This document shows, piece by piece, positions 52,030 through 61,724 of a stretch of 64,000 nt of DNA. This DNA comes from an uncultured Acidobacteriota bacterium. Lineage in GTDB: Bacteria; Acidobacteriota; Terriglobia; UBA7540. A program made the position numbers and the translations under genes. The stretch is taken from contig CAWDSK010000003.1 in assembly GCA_963804995.1 (NCBI GenBank), positions 608,001 through 672,000 of the forward strand. The letters run 5' to 3'. Position 1 is the stretch's first letter. Every line of letters starts with the position of its first letter. Under the pieces are notes generated by a model. The model worked only from the letters and a program-made list of their open reading frames with translations. It had not been told where the DNA came from and did not search any database.

Positions 52030-52454
52030 GCGCCTACGCCGACTCGAGCTTTCTCGTCTCGCTTTATGTCTTCGACTCGAACTCTACGCAGGCCGCAAAA
52101 CACATTAAGCGAGTCAAGCTCCCCGTATTGTTGACCGCGTTCGGGGAGGTGGAACTCACCAACGCTTTTCACTTGCGGATTTTCCGGAGGGAACTGGGGC
52201 CTTCAAAAGTCCGCGCCGCACAAGCTCTGTTCCAGGCAGACATGGAGAATGGGGTCTTCGGGCTAAAGCCCCTGACCCTCGAAGTGTTCGATAGAGCCAA
52301 GTTTCTGGCGCGATAGCACACGCCCCGATTGGGGACACGGACCCTTGACCTTTTGCATGTCGCCGCTGCCTTGGAATTACAGGCCGACACCCTCCTCACC
52401 TTCGACATCAACCAAAGCAAGCTGGCCAGGGCGGAGGGATTGGTGGTTCCATAG
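52026..52454 (+). pseudogene. vapC: VapC/PIN toxin with an in-frame TAG at 52314
   Basis: YADSSFLV; the frame continues after the stop with RTLDLLHVAAA..LTFD..QSKLA. Confidence 0.85.
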
Positions 52455-52535
52455 CGCTTCCATCCCGGGGCGGTCCCAGGCGAGGCCTGTACTTTTGCTG
52501 CACGATCTCGTCACCGCCGACGCAAGACTCCCCTT

Positions 52536-53153
52536 TCACTTCGCCAGCGGCAGGAGCTTCAAGCTGCGGAACTCGATCTTATTAACAGAATCCTTGTTGC
52601 ACTGGAGACCGATGACCCCTGAACCCGAATGCGTGGAATCGTGCGCGTCCAGGACGATCTTGCCGTTCAGGGTAGCGACGTAGTGGTCACCCTCAACCTT
52701 GACCTCGTAGTCGTTCCATTGGTCGGCGAGGATTTTTGCAGGGGGAACTTTTACGAATCCCACTAAGCTTCCCGTGTTGTACCCGCCCGGTTGAAAATCC
52801 CAAATCTGCAGCTCGTAGCCGGTGATGTGGGGCTGCCCTTCCTTCTGCGACCGTAGGAAGACACCGCTATTCACCTTCTCACCGCCCCGGAATTGCAGCT
52901 TCAAGTCATAATCGTTAAACATGTCGGCGGTGCCGAGCCAACCCGCGGTAGTTCCGGGGCAGACGATGGCGCCATCCTGAACAACCCAATCGCCTCCCAC
53001 ATGAACGTCCCAACCCTGCAGGCTCTTTCCGTCGAACAAAAGCTTCCAGCCCGCTTTGGCCTCGCCTTTGGTCAGTGTATTGGGCAGTACGGCTTTACCC
53101 GCCAGACTCCAGGTCAGTCCAAGAAACATTGCAGCAATCACCCAGTATCGCAT
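52536..53153 (-). CDS. DUF1080 (3-keto-disaccharide hydrolase family) protein, secreted
   Basis: GWKLLFDGKSLQGW, NSGVFLR, GYELQI and WNDYEV motifs. Confidence 0.92.
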   Translation of the reverse strand: MRYWVIAAMFLGLTWSLAGKAVLPNTLTKGEAKAGWKLLFDGKSLQGWDVHVGGDWVVQDGAIVCPGTTAGWLGTADMFNDYDLKLQFRGGEKVNSGVFLRSQKEGQPHITGYELQIWDFQPGGYNTGSLVGFVKVPPAKILADQWNDYEVKVEGDHYVATLNGKIVLDAHDSTHSGSGVIGLQCNKDSVNKIEFRSLKLLPLAK

Positions 53154-53234
53154 TTCAATTCTCCTTAGATAAGGTAGGTCCACCATGGAGAAGAAGGTGG
53201 ACCCGCCGGTCGCGCTCGCTTGAGTGAGAACTCT

Positions 53235-54209
53235 CTACCAGGGCATGGGGCGCTTGGTGAAGCGGCGTCCCTTTTCAATGGTCGCCTCGTCGCACATTAA
53301 GACCGTCATGCCCTGTCGAATCTGTTCCTCAATGTCGTTCGAGTCGACGGCATTGAGGAAGTAGAGATGATTGGCCTTCGCGGCCGCATATACTCGCGCC
53401 TGAGCGCGCCGCAATTCAAGAGTACTGTATTGTTCCGCCAACGGGGTTCCCAGGGACATCCCCATGTCTCCAGGCCCCCACTCGGCGAAAGTAACTCCGG
53501 GTACGGCGCAGGTTTTCTCACAATTGGCCAGGGCATACTTGTCCTCGCACTTGATGGCTATCATGAGTTCGCCATCCGGATTGAGCGGCCACAGGTCTGC
53601 CTTTCTTATGTACTCGGTAATCGGCATGTTCCACATCTCTGCAGCGTGAGGCTCGCCTCCGGCTCCCCGGCGTCCCTCCGGGCACTCCGGGCCAATACCA
53701 ATCCGATTGAAAGGATACCGGCAGGAGCGGACCACTGTACGAACTGCCCCGGGATCGCCGGCGTGGCAAAGGTAGACGCCGTGCGCTCCGGTATCGAGCA
53801 CCTGATGGCACATCCAATAATTCGCCTGCATCGTGGCCTCATCCCAGCCGCCCACCGGCAACTGCGGGACTACCGTCGGCGTCAGGTGGCCACTCTTGGT
53901 TGGCCCGCCGTCTTTCAACCCCTTCATGAATTCCTGGAGGCCCACAAGATTAAGGGGCGCGTGCTCCATGTCGTAGACGATCATATCGTACGGCGTCTGC
54001 GCCATCTTCTTCCCCTCTTCGTAGCCGCCCAATCCAATAGTGCAATAGACCGGCTGGCCCTGCTCGAGGAGTTCGATACACTTATTGATGCGTTTGGGTT
54101 TTGTCGCGGGCGCCGCCGGGGTGCGAGCGGGACTCGCCGCCGCTTTGCCACGCGCCATCAGCGCCAAACTTCCCATCAACGGAGTCATCAATGCAGTTCT
54201 TCTATCCAC
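53235..54209 (-). CDS. HpcH/HpaI aldolase family protein with a possible Tat signal
   Basis: DMEH, VLDTG, CRYP and GPGDM motifs; N-terminus DRRTAL + hydrophobic stretch + AAA. Confidence 0.82.
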   Translation of the reverse strand: MDRRTALMTPLMGSLALMARGKAAASPARTPAAPATKPKRINKCIELLEQGQPVYCTIGLGGYEEGKKMAQTPYDMIVYDMEHAPLNLVGLQEFMKGLKDGGPTKSGHLTPTVVPQLPVGGWDEATMQANYWMCHQVLDTGAHGVYLCHAGDPGAVRTVVRSCRYPFNRIGIGPECPEGRRGAGGEPHAAEMWNMPITEYIRKADLWPLNPDGELMIAIKCEDKYALANCEKTCAVPGVTFAEWGPGDMGMSLGTPLAEQYSTLELRRAQARVYAAAKANHLYFLNAVDSNDIEEQIRQGMTVLMCDEATIEKGRRFTKRPMPW

Positions 54210-54450
54210 GGTCCTGTCCCTCCTCTTGGATTTTTTGGTTCAAAGACCCGTCGCAGCATATTTGAATTGCCCGAATGAATCAATAATTTCCGCTCTGTGT
54301 GAAACCGTACCTCGTTCCGAATTCGCATCGATCCGGCGATCTAATCCCGAAGTTGTTTGCCAGTTTGGAACCGGCTTTCATAATGCTGCGGTCCCAGGTT
54401 GAATCTTCTTAGAAGGTATACCTCCGGGGAAATAATTTCAGTACAAAAAT

Positions 54451-54575
54451 GTGGGAAAGTTGGTGGGACAAGGGCCGCTTAGACCCGCGTAGGGCAACAA
54501 GTGGGACATGTCCCACCTTTTTACAAATAGTGGCGGGCCTGGAAAAGTGGCGTCGGAGAGCACACGATGGTGAGC
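54451..54575. promoter_or_regulatory. Conserved upstream element, copy 2, with the palindrome GTGGGACATGTCCCAC
   Basis: Palindrome at 54501-54516; aligns with 19405-19525. Confidence 0.65.
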
Positions 54576-54649
54576 GTGAGAAAAGCCCACGGTCAGCAAA
54601 CCACTGACCGTAGCTACCCACCCTTCCCTTCCACGGTTAGAAATCAGGG

Positions 54650-56301
54650 TTAATCCGTGGGTAAGGCGAAGCTGAACACGTCGCTCCCGGAAGCGATCGC
54701 AACGTACTGCACACCGCTTACGCTGTAGCTCATGGGCGAGGCATGGAACATCTGACCGGTATTAAAATGCCACAGCGCTTTCCCCGTGCGTGCGTCCGCG
54801 GCTTCGAATTCAAACGTGTCATCTCCGAAGAAGACCAGGCCCGAGGCGGTGGTCATGGTTCCGCCCCAGGAATCTCCATGCCCCGCCTGGGGGTAGCGCC
54901 ACGCGGGTTGGCCCGTCGCCACATCAAAGGCGAGCAGGATTTTTTGGCCTGACTCGCGGGGAGGGCGCCTGGTTCCCGTGTTGTAATAGGTCTCACCGGG
55001 CTTAAAGGTTTGCTTGGTTCCGCCAACCCTGTAGATGTCGCAGCCCTCAGCGCCATGAAATAAACCAACTGCGTCGAAGGGTTGTAAGAGGGAGACATCC
55101 AGTTCGTGGCGCCGACGAGCGCAGGGCAGACCTTCGTGCCCTCGGGCGTGGGTTGCACCCCGGTGCGGATCGGCCGGCCGTGCTCATCGATCCCTTTCGC
55201 CCAGTTCAGATTCTCAACGAAGCGTGTGGCGCTAAGAAATTTCCCCGTGGTGCGATCGAGAATGTAGAAGAAGCCGTTGCGGTTTGCCTCCACCAACAAC
55301 TTCTGCACCTGCCCATTCGCGGCCAGGTCGACCAGCACCGGAGTCTCCTCCGCATCGTAGTCGAAGAGGTCATGCGGGGTAAATTGGAAGTGCCATTTCA
55401 GCTTGCCCGTGTCGGCGTCGACGGCCAAGACGCAATCGGTATAGAGGTCGTCACCCGGACGCGTCGTACCGTCAAAATCGGGTGCGGGATTGCCGGTCCC
55501 CCAGAACAGCGTGTTCGACTCAGGGTCATAAGTGCCGGGCATCCACGTGGTTCCGCCACCATGCAGGTATTCATCGCCCAACCAGCTTTCGCCCCCCGGC
55601 TCGCCGGGAGCGGGAATCGTCCACAAACGCCACAGCAGTTTGCCGGTCAGCGCATCGTACGCGGCCACAAACCCGCGGACTCCATCGTCGCCGCCTGAGG
55701 TGCCGACAATGAGCTTGTCCTTTACGATCAGCGGCGCGCTGGTGGCCCCGTAGTTTTTGTGGGTGTCCGCGAAGGGAACGTCCCAAATCAAATGGCCGGA
55801 CCTTGCGTCCAGGCAGAGCAGATGAGCATTATCTGTTTCCATATAAACGTGGGAATGCCACACGGCGACCCCGCGATTCAAATGGCCCGCCGCATCGTCC
55901 ACCAGGCCCTTGCTTATGGAACGGGAGTAATGCCAGACCACCCGGCCGGTCCGGGCATCGAGCGCGAAGGCGTCGTTGGAGGAGGTGACGTACATCACCC
56001 CACCAATCTCGACCGGGGTGACCTCGAGATCAGAAGAATTCGGGGAGTGGAATACCCATTGCGCGCGCAGGCGGTGAACGTTTTCGGGTGTGATCTGGTC
56101 AAGCTGGCTGTAACGCCGGCCCGTGTAGTCGCCGTTGTAGGAGGGCCAATCCTGGGCAGGCGGCGCCACCAGAAGCTGCGGCGGCGGAACATCCAGGTTG
56201 ACGGAGACCGGCGCCTCCCGCTCCTGGGCGGCCGCGACCGCCGAACCAAGACAAGCTGCGATGATGAAACCTCGTATGCTCACGCCTGGCATCTTGATCA
56301 T
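54650..56301 (-). CDS. PQQ-type beta-propeller dehydrogenase lacking the Cys-Cys motif, frameshift near 55048
   Basis: RYSQLDQI, NRGVA, TPHDLFDYD, NRNGFFY and GATNW motifs; adding one G restores the frame. Confidence 0.85.
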
Positions 56302-56345
56302 CCTCTTAACCTCAAGCCTCTTGGGTTGATGGTGGGTCATTCCTC

Positions 56346-56414
56346 GTAGCGGCGAGTTTACCTCGCCATATGGCGGCATCCCGATCAAATCGGGATAAAT
56401 GCCGCCGCCGCTAC
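56346..56414. repeat. Family B REP with an internal micro-hairpin insert
   Basis: atcccgatcaaatcgggat at 56378-56396. Confidence 0.8.
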
Positions 56415-56480
56415 ATCAAACCCATCCGACCCTCACCCCGCGGTATTCACAATTGACCTGCTTGCTCATCTCGGGCCGCA

Positions 56481-57371
56481 TTATTTTGAATCAGTTCTTG
56501 GTGGACTCTTCTGGGCGGCCTCGTGCGTCGACCGGCCCGCGCCGGGCGCGCCATGCGCCGGAGCAGGCAATGCGCTGAACAAAAAGCTGATCAAATCGTC
56601 CAACTCCGCTGCAGTCAACTTTGTTCCGTAATCCTCCGGCATCAGGGAGTTTGGTGCCCGCTCAATTTTCGCGATTTGCGATTTCATGAACAAATGAAAA
56701 ATGCCGTCCGCGTCCTGCACCTGAAGCGAGAAGTTGTCCTCGTTGCGCTCGAGGCCCGTAGCCCGCTCCCCGGACAGCGTTGTCACCGTCACAAACTTTG
56801 GCGCCGGCGTGGTCCCTTGATCGGGATGGATAATCGCCCGGCGAATTTCCTCCACGGAATGGGACACGGCAAAGCCCGTGAGATCCGATCCCAGGAAGCC
56901 GCCCTTCCCGCGCAGCATGTGGCAATCGCCGCAGCGGGCTTTGCCGAAGAACAATTGCTCGCCCTGAACGGAGTTGCCTTTCACCGGCCGAGCCGTGCCC
57001 TGCCCTGTCAAGACGCGCAGGTAAGCGACAATGCCCTGTATCTCCGGCTCGGAGAGAGAGCTAAAGGAGGGCATCCCCGCAGCGGGAATACCGCCTCGAA
57101 TGATCTGGACGAGCGCGGGAGTTTCGAGCTCTCCCGCCACGTCGGGAGTGGCGATGGCGTGGGCATGCTCACCGCCGCGTCCATCGAGCCCATGGCAGGA
57201 GGCGCAATGGGACTCAAAGTTTCTCCGGCCCTCCGCCGCCGGTGAAGACGCTTTTGCGGGTGCTGGGATTTGTGGCGCCGGATAAGCCGCCAGCGCCGCA
57301 ATGAAGATCGCGCATACGAACACCGGAAGCACGCTTCTGCCCCACAGTCTCGCTCCGCAGCGAGAAAGCAT
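56481..57371 (-). CDS. Di-heme c-type cytochrome
   Basis: CASCH, CGDCH and SLMPEDY motifs; signal peptide. Confidence 0.9.
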   Translation of the reverse strand: MLSRCGARLWGRSVLPVFVCAIFIAALAAYPAPQIPAPAKASSPAAEGRRNFESHCASCHGLDGRGGEHAHAIATPDVAGELETPALVQIIRGGIPAAGMPSFSSLSEPEIQGIVAYLRVLTGQGTARPVKGNSVQGEQLFFGKARCGDCHMLRGKGGFLGSDLTGFAVSHSVEEIRRAIIHPDQGTTPAPKFVTVTTLSGERATGLERNEDNFSLQVQDADGIFHLFMKSQIAKIERAPNSLMPEDYGTKLTAAELDDLISFLFSALPAPAHGAPGAGRSTHEAAQKSPPRTDSK

Positions 57372-57787
57372 AATTCCCTCTCTCTGTGACATGCCAGCTT
57401 TATCCATGTTCACGCTTCCGCTCAATTCAATTTACAGGCTTTGATTCTTTGGCCCAGACTTCGACGACAATCGCTCAGCCCTATGAGTCTACACCCATTG
57501 CACTGTGCAGACCAGACGGCTGGACACAGCATGTGGGCAGCGCAGCGCGGCAGGATGGCAAAAGCAAGTCAAAAGGCAAGGTGCAAAAGGCAAAAGTTAA
57601 AAATTAAAGGCGGGTAGCCACAGTGTCGCCGCGGCGACCGGTTCTGACCGTGGGCTTTTCTCCTGCCCGTTATCCCAGAGGCGGGCAGGTGGAAAGTGAA
57701 ACTCTCCGATATTGGGAGCGATACGGATGAGTCGCAGGGCTGCGCTCTGCGCCACCCGGCCCTGCGGGATGTGTGGGCTCAAAGACC

Positions 57788-57886
57788 TCAGGCGAGCAGG
57801 GAGGCAGGGTGCAGCGCTGTAACGAGGTCATAGCGCTTGAAGTCGGCATTATTAAAGGAAAGGATGCTCTCCACGAGGACACGCAT
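57788..57886 (-). pseudogene. Internally deleted PIN toxin (32 aa)
   Basis: MRVLVE|SILSFNNADFKRYDLVTALHP; TGATG coupling with the antitoxin. Confidence 0.75.
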
Positions 57887-58140
57887 CAGTGCTCACGGCC
57901 TTCATACAGGGCTTCGCGGCTGACCGCATCGTCAGACAGGGGAGGAGTAGGACGATGACGGGCGGACCACGCCTCAAATGCCGCCGCTCGTTCCTGTGCC
58001 GACAGGCGGTTCTTGGCGGCAGGTAGCACCGTCCCTTCAACCAACGAAAGAACGTATTCTTCCACGCTCATTCCCTTGGCTTGCGCCTGGGCCAGTAGTC
58101 CAGCTTCGACTTCCGGGTTGAATTTCAGCGTCACCGTCAT
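57886..58140 (-). CDS. Putative antitoxin
   Basis: PEVEAGLLAQAQAKGMSVEEY...LSDDAVSREALY. Confidence 0.8.
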   Translation of the reverse strand: MTVTLKFNPEVEAGLLAQAQAKGMSVEEYVLSLVEGTVLPAAKNRLSAQERAAAFEAWSARHRPTPPLSDDAVSREALYEGREH

Positions 58141-58343
58141 GGGTTCTCCCCATCCCTTAAACCATAATATTACCCTATCGTGAGAGTCCGTGCATGTCTA
58201 GGGGAAACCACAGACGATTGGGGAAGGCTGGCGAAGGGTGAAACTCTGCGATTTTGTGAGCGATATGGACGAGTCGCAGAGCTGCGCTTGGCGCCAGCCG
58301 GCCATTCTTTTTTCAAACTGAGACACTCCCCGGAACCACCAAG

Positions 58344-58481
58344 CGTAGCGACCTCCGCCGTTGAGGTCCGCGGCTCTTCCTGCGCAAACCGCAAGACTCA
58401 ACGCGTGAGGCCGTCCTCGGGTTTAGCGTCGTGAAATTTAATGAAGAAACGCGGACCTCAAAAGCGGAGGTCCGCGCTACG
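58344..58481. repeat. REP-like inverted pair (GACCTCCGC..TTGAGGTCCGCG)
   Basis: GTAG...CTAC ends; two hairpins. Confidence 0.75.
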
Positions 58482-58638
58482 CTTGCTCAAGGGCACCCAC
58501 GATGAGTGCCCCTACGTCACCAGACCAGCTCACACTTGTCACCGCCCTGAAAGCAGTATAAAGTTCAGCGTTCCAGCCGCTTAGGCGAGGAGGATTCTGA
58601 CTCGCAGGTGAAACCTGACAAAGGGAAAGGAAGAACCC

Positions 58639-59979
58639 ATGCACAAGACTCTCCGCGTAGCATTTCTGTTGATGTCCGCCCTGCTGTTCCTGGCCGTGGC
58701 GCCGGGCTGGGCGCAGGATTTGCGTGCGGGCTATGCGAAAGTAGATATTACTCCCACGGGGCCGGTGACCATGGGCGGGTACGATTTGCGCAATGCTCCC
58801 TCGGACGGTGTATATCCGGGTGACCACCTCTATGCGCGGGCTCTGGTTTTCGAAGTCTCGGGGGTGCGCGTGGCCTTTGTCGAGGGTGATGTGATCGGGA
58901 TCGAGGGGCACGACGTCTTCCGCCGCAGCATCTCAGACGCGACGGGCATCCCGGTCGCGAACATCCTCCTGGGCGACGTTCACAACCATGCCGCTCCCGC
59001 GCCGGATGCCGAGCTGAAAACCGAATGGGATCGCGTCTTCTCAAGCGCCATCGTGAAGGCTACGACTCAGGCGGTGGCGGGCTTGCAGCCTGTCCGCATC
59101 GCCGCCGGCACCGGGCACTCGCGGATTGCCATGAACCGGCGCAAGGTGTTCACTGCCGACGTCGACTCGCCGCTGACCTTTGACGAGAACAACTCCAGCC
59201 AATCCTTTGGCAAGTACAAGACCGATACGCCGGTTCTGCTCCGTGAGTTTCGCGGGGTGGTGCGGCTGGGAGCAAATCCCCTGGGGCCTATCGACAACGC
59301 TGTCCAGATCGTGCGCGTGGATACCGCGGCGGGCAAACCATTGGCGTTGATGATCCACTATCCCTGCCATGGAACGTCGCTGGGAGGGCGCAATAGTAAA
59401 GTCTCCGGCGAGTGGATGGGTCGCATGCAACAGGTCCTCGAAAAGGAATTCCCCGGCCTCGGCACGATGTATTTGCAGGGAGCGGCGGGCGATATTAACC
59501 CGCGCGTCGTCGGCGGCCTGGATGGATACCAGGACGATATCAACACCACTTGGGCGCTGGGCGAGGAGATCGCGCATGAGGTCGCCCGCGTGTATCGCCA
59601 ACTGACTCCCGTGGCCTGCGTCAACCCGCGCTGCCAAATCGAATCGACCGTCATCCGTTGCCCGCGGAATTACAGTGAGCTGTACGCGGATTTCACCAAA
59701 ACCACCGTGGACCTGCCCACCACCGCCGTGCGGATTGGTGACCTGATGTGGACGACCTTCCCGGGAGAGATGTTCAGCAACATTGGGAAACAAGTCAAAG
59801 CCGCCGCCCCCGCGACCTACTCACACCTGATGGGGTACACGAATGGTGACGCCGGTTACTTCCCCGACCAGAAGGCGTACTCGGAGGGTGGGTACGAAGT
59901 TTCCCGAACCCACTTTGATCCCCAGTCTGAGCCCATCTATCTGCGGGCCGTAGCCGCGCTGATGCAGCGCTTTCGATAA
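58639..59979 (+). CDS. Neutral/alkaline ceramidase-like secreted protein
   Basis: VDITP, MGGY, HNHAAP, YPCH, GAAGDINP, PGEMF and GYE motifs. Confidence 0.82.
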   Translation: MHKTLRVAFLLMSALLFLAVAPGWAQDLRAGYAKVDITPTGPVTMGGYDLRNAPSDGVYPGDHLYARALVFEVSGVRVAFVEGDVIGIEGHDVFRRSISDATGIPVANILLGDVHNHAAPAPDAELKTEWDRVFSSAIVKATTQAVAGLQPVRIAAGTGHSRIAMNRRKVFTADVDSPLTFDENNSSQSFGKYKTDTPVLLREFRGVVRLGANPLGPIDNAVQIVRVDTAAGKPLALMIHYPCHGTSLGGRNSKVSGEWMGRMQQVLEKEFPGLGTMYLQGAAGDINPRVVGGLDGYQDDINTTWALGEEIAHEVARVYRQLTPVACVNPRCQIESTVIRCPRNYSELYADFTKTTVDLPTTAVRIGDLMWTTFPGEMFSNIGKQVKAAAPATYSHLMGYTNGDAGYFPDQKAYSEGGYEVSRTHFDPQSEPIYLRAVAALMQRFR

Positions 59980-60028
59980 TCGTGAGGGTTTGATGAAAAC
60001 CCACTGGATGCAGTAAGCTAAACGCAGC

Positions 60029-60105
60029 GGGGGTGTAGCTCAGCCGGATAGAGCATCGGATTTCTAATCCGAGGGTCGGGGGTTCGAGTCCCTCCACCCC
60101 TGCCA
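60029..60105 (+). tRNA. tRNA-Arg (anticodon TCT)
   Basis: Full cloverleaf, TCGGA-TTTCTAA-TCCGA anticodon arm, TTCGA T-loop, encoded CCA. Confidence 0.97.
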
Positions 60106-60169
60106 TGTTTTCATTGAGAAATAAGGCCTTCCACCTTTAAGTCTTCTTCTTTGGGTTGGCTTTGGGGCT

Positions 60170-60439
60170 TCACTGAGGCTGAACTATTCCGGTCATCACC
60201 ACGGTGCGGCCACTGGCGTTCTTGGTGTCGTAGAGACGAATTGTGCGGGCGACAAAATCGAGATGGCCGACCCGCATCTTCAGCAGTTCACCCTTCCGCC
60301 ATCCATAGCTGTGCATGACTTCAAACATCGACCTTAGCCATAGCCCTTCAGCGGCGCAGGATTCAGCGAGCTTGGATTACTGGTCATCCCGGAGGAAACC
60401 CTGTCTGACATTATTCTATTTGAGCATCGGGAAATATGG
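60170..60439 (-). pseudogene. Tyrosine integrase fragment with nonsense codons
   Basis: PYFPMLK*NNVRQGFL..Q*..YGWRKGELLKMRV..LDF..IRL..TKN..GRTV. Confidence 0.85.
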
Positions 60440-60838
60440 AAGCCATCTGCTCCGCCTGCGCGTAGAACCCATGACGCAAGTGGGCAGCGCGGATGCGCAC
60501 TTCGGGCTGCCGGTAGCCCAAATCGTAAAGGCAGGGCGTCTAATTGCCCGAAATCGCTGCTGCGCGGTGAATGGGAACCTCCCTCACCGGCAGAGGGGTC
60601 CACATGAAAAAGCTGGCCTGGGTCCCAGGCGCCTGAGCTAATGTGACCAAGTTTGTGAGCCGTACTGAACTGACACTGAGTCAAGCTCAAGGTATATGAA
60701 TAGTGCCACTCGGATCTGGCGCGATGCTTTGCCCAATGGGCGCGCGGCCGAATCTGGCAAGAGAGTCCAATTATCGATGGGGCCGCGAAGGTTCCGTGAG
60801 GTAGATCGAAAAACGATACAGCAGACAGGAGGCAGGCC

Positions 60839-61423
60839 ATGAACATTTTAGCATTAAGTACAATACAGATAACCTTAATCATTGCAATCGCGGTGGTTAT
60901 GGTTGCAAGCATCGCCGCGTTCTTTGCTCTCCGCAAGCGCCGGACAAAAAGGTTACGCGCTCAGTTTGGTGGCGCGGAGTATGACCGCGCTTTGGCGGAA
61001 GGCGGAAGCCGGCGGCACGGAGAAGCCGGGCTCGAAGGGCGCAATGACCGTGTTGTGGCTTTCCATATCCGCCCCCTCGCCACAGCCGAACGGACGCGGT
61101 TCGCAGAATCGTGGAGAAATATCCAGGGACGGTTCGTTGACGGCCCCGGGGCGGCGGTAACGGATGCGGACCAACTTCTGCGTGACGTGATGTCGGCCCG
61201 GGGCTATCCGGTAAGTGACTTTGAACAGCGAGCCGCGGATGTTTCGGTGGACCATCCCCAGGTGATCGACAATTACCGTAAAGCCCACGATATCGCGGGT
61301 CGCGAATCGCGCGGGCAAGCCTCCACCGAGGACCTGCGCCAGGCGATGATTCATTACCGGACCCTTTATGAGGATCTGGCGGGTGAGCCGGAGATGGCCC
61401 ATGCCAAGACTGCAGCAGCATGA
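60839..61423 (+). CDS. Membrane-anchored hypothetical protein
   Basis: AGGAGG RBS, N-terminal TM segment; FVDGP and TEDLRQAMIHYR motifs. Confidence 0.85.
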   Translation: MNILALSTIQITLIIAIAVVMVASIAAFFALRKRRTKRLRAQFGGAEYDRALAEGGSRRHGEAGLEGRNDRVVAFHIRPLATAERTRFAESWRNIQGRFVDGPGAAVTDADQLLRDVMSARGYPVSDFEQRAADVSVDHPQVIDNYRKAHDIAGRESRGQASTEDLRQAMIHYRTLYEDLAGEPEMAHAKTAAA

Positions 61424-61547
61424 GACTCGGGGATAAACCGAAGCAACCCGGGCTTTGTGGCTAGAGGTCCTTTAGAGGTCTTATTGCGCCGCCGGGCCTT
61501 GGAGACTCAAGGGGGGATGGATCATCAACACCCCCCTCGGGCTCGGC

Positions 61548-61724
61548 CTATTCCCACTTTTCCAAAACCTCGACCTGCTTTCTGATGGACGCCACCCTGT
61601 CGTCTATTTCCTCGGCCTCCGCTTCGAGATTGGGAGTGGTTGTTCTGAGCTTCCGGGCGTGGTGTTCCAGTTGATGGGCATCATGATTGAGCGCCTCAAT
61701 AATCGGCTTTAATTCCACTTTCAT
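61548..61724 (-). CDS. Small coiled-coil protein (58 aa)
   Basis: GAGGAG RBS, heptad pattern. Confidence 0.65.
   Translation of the reverse strand: MKVELKPIIEALNHDAHQLEHHARKLRTTTPNLEAEAEEIDDRVASIRKQVEVLEKWE

Larger units (their letters stand above)
57696..58303 (+). repeat. 66-bp direct repeats (57696-57761 and 58238-58303) flanking a TA cassette
   Basis: gtgaaactct.cgat.ttg.gagcgata.gga.gagtcgcag.gctgcgct..gcgcca.ccggcc. Confidence 0.85.

Noticed and set aside
52314..52316. Pyrrolysine or amber recoding
   Set aside because: TAG is an ordinary stop in several genes here and no pyl genes are seen.
60718..60738. Sigma-54 promoter
   Set aside because: GG-to-GC spacing is 11 rather than the required 10.
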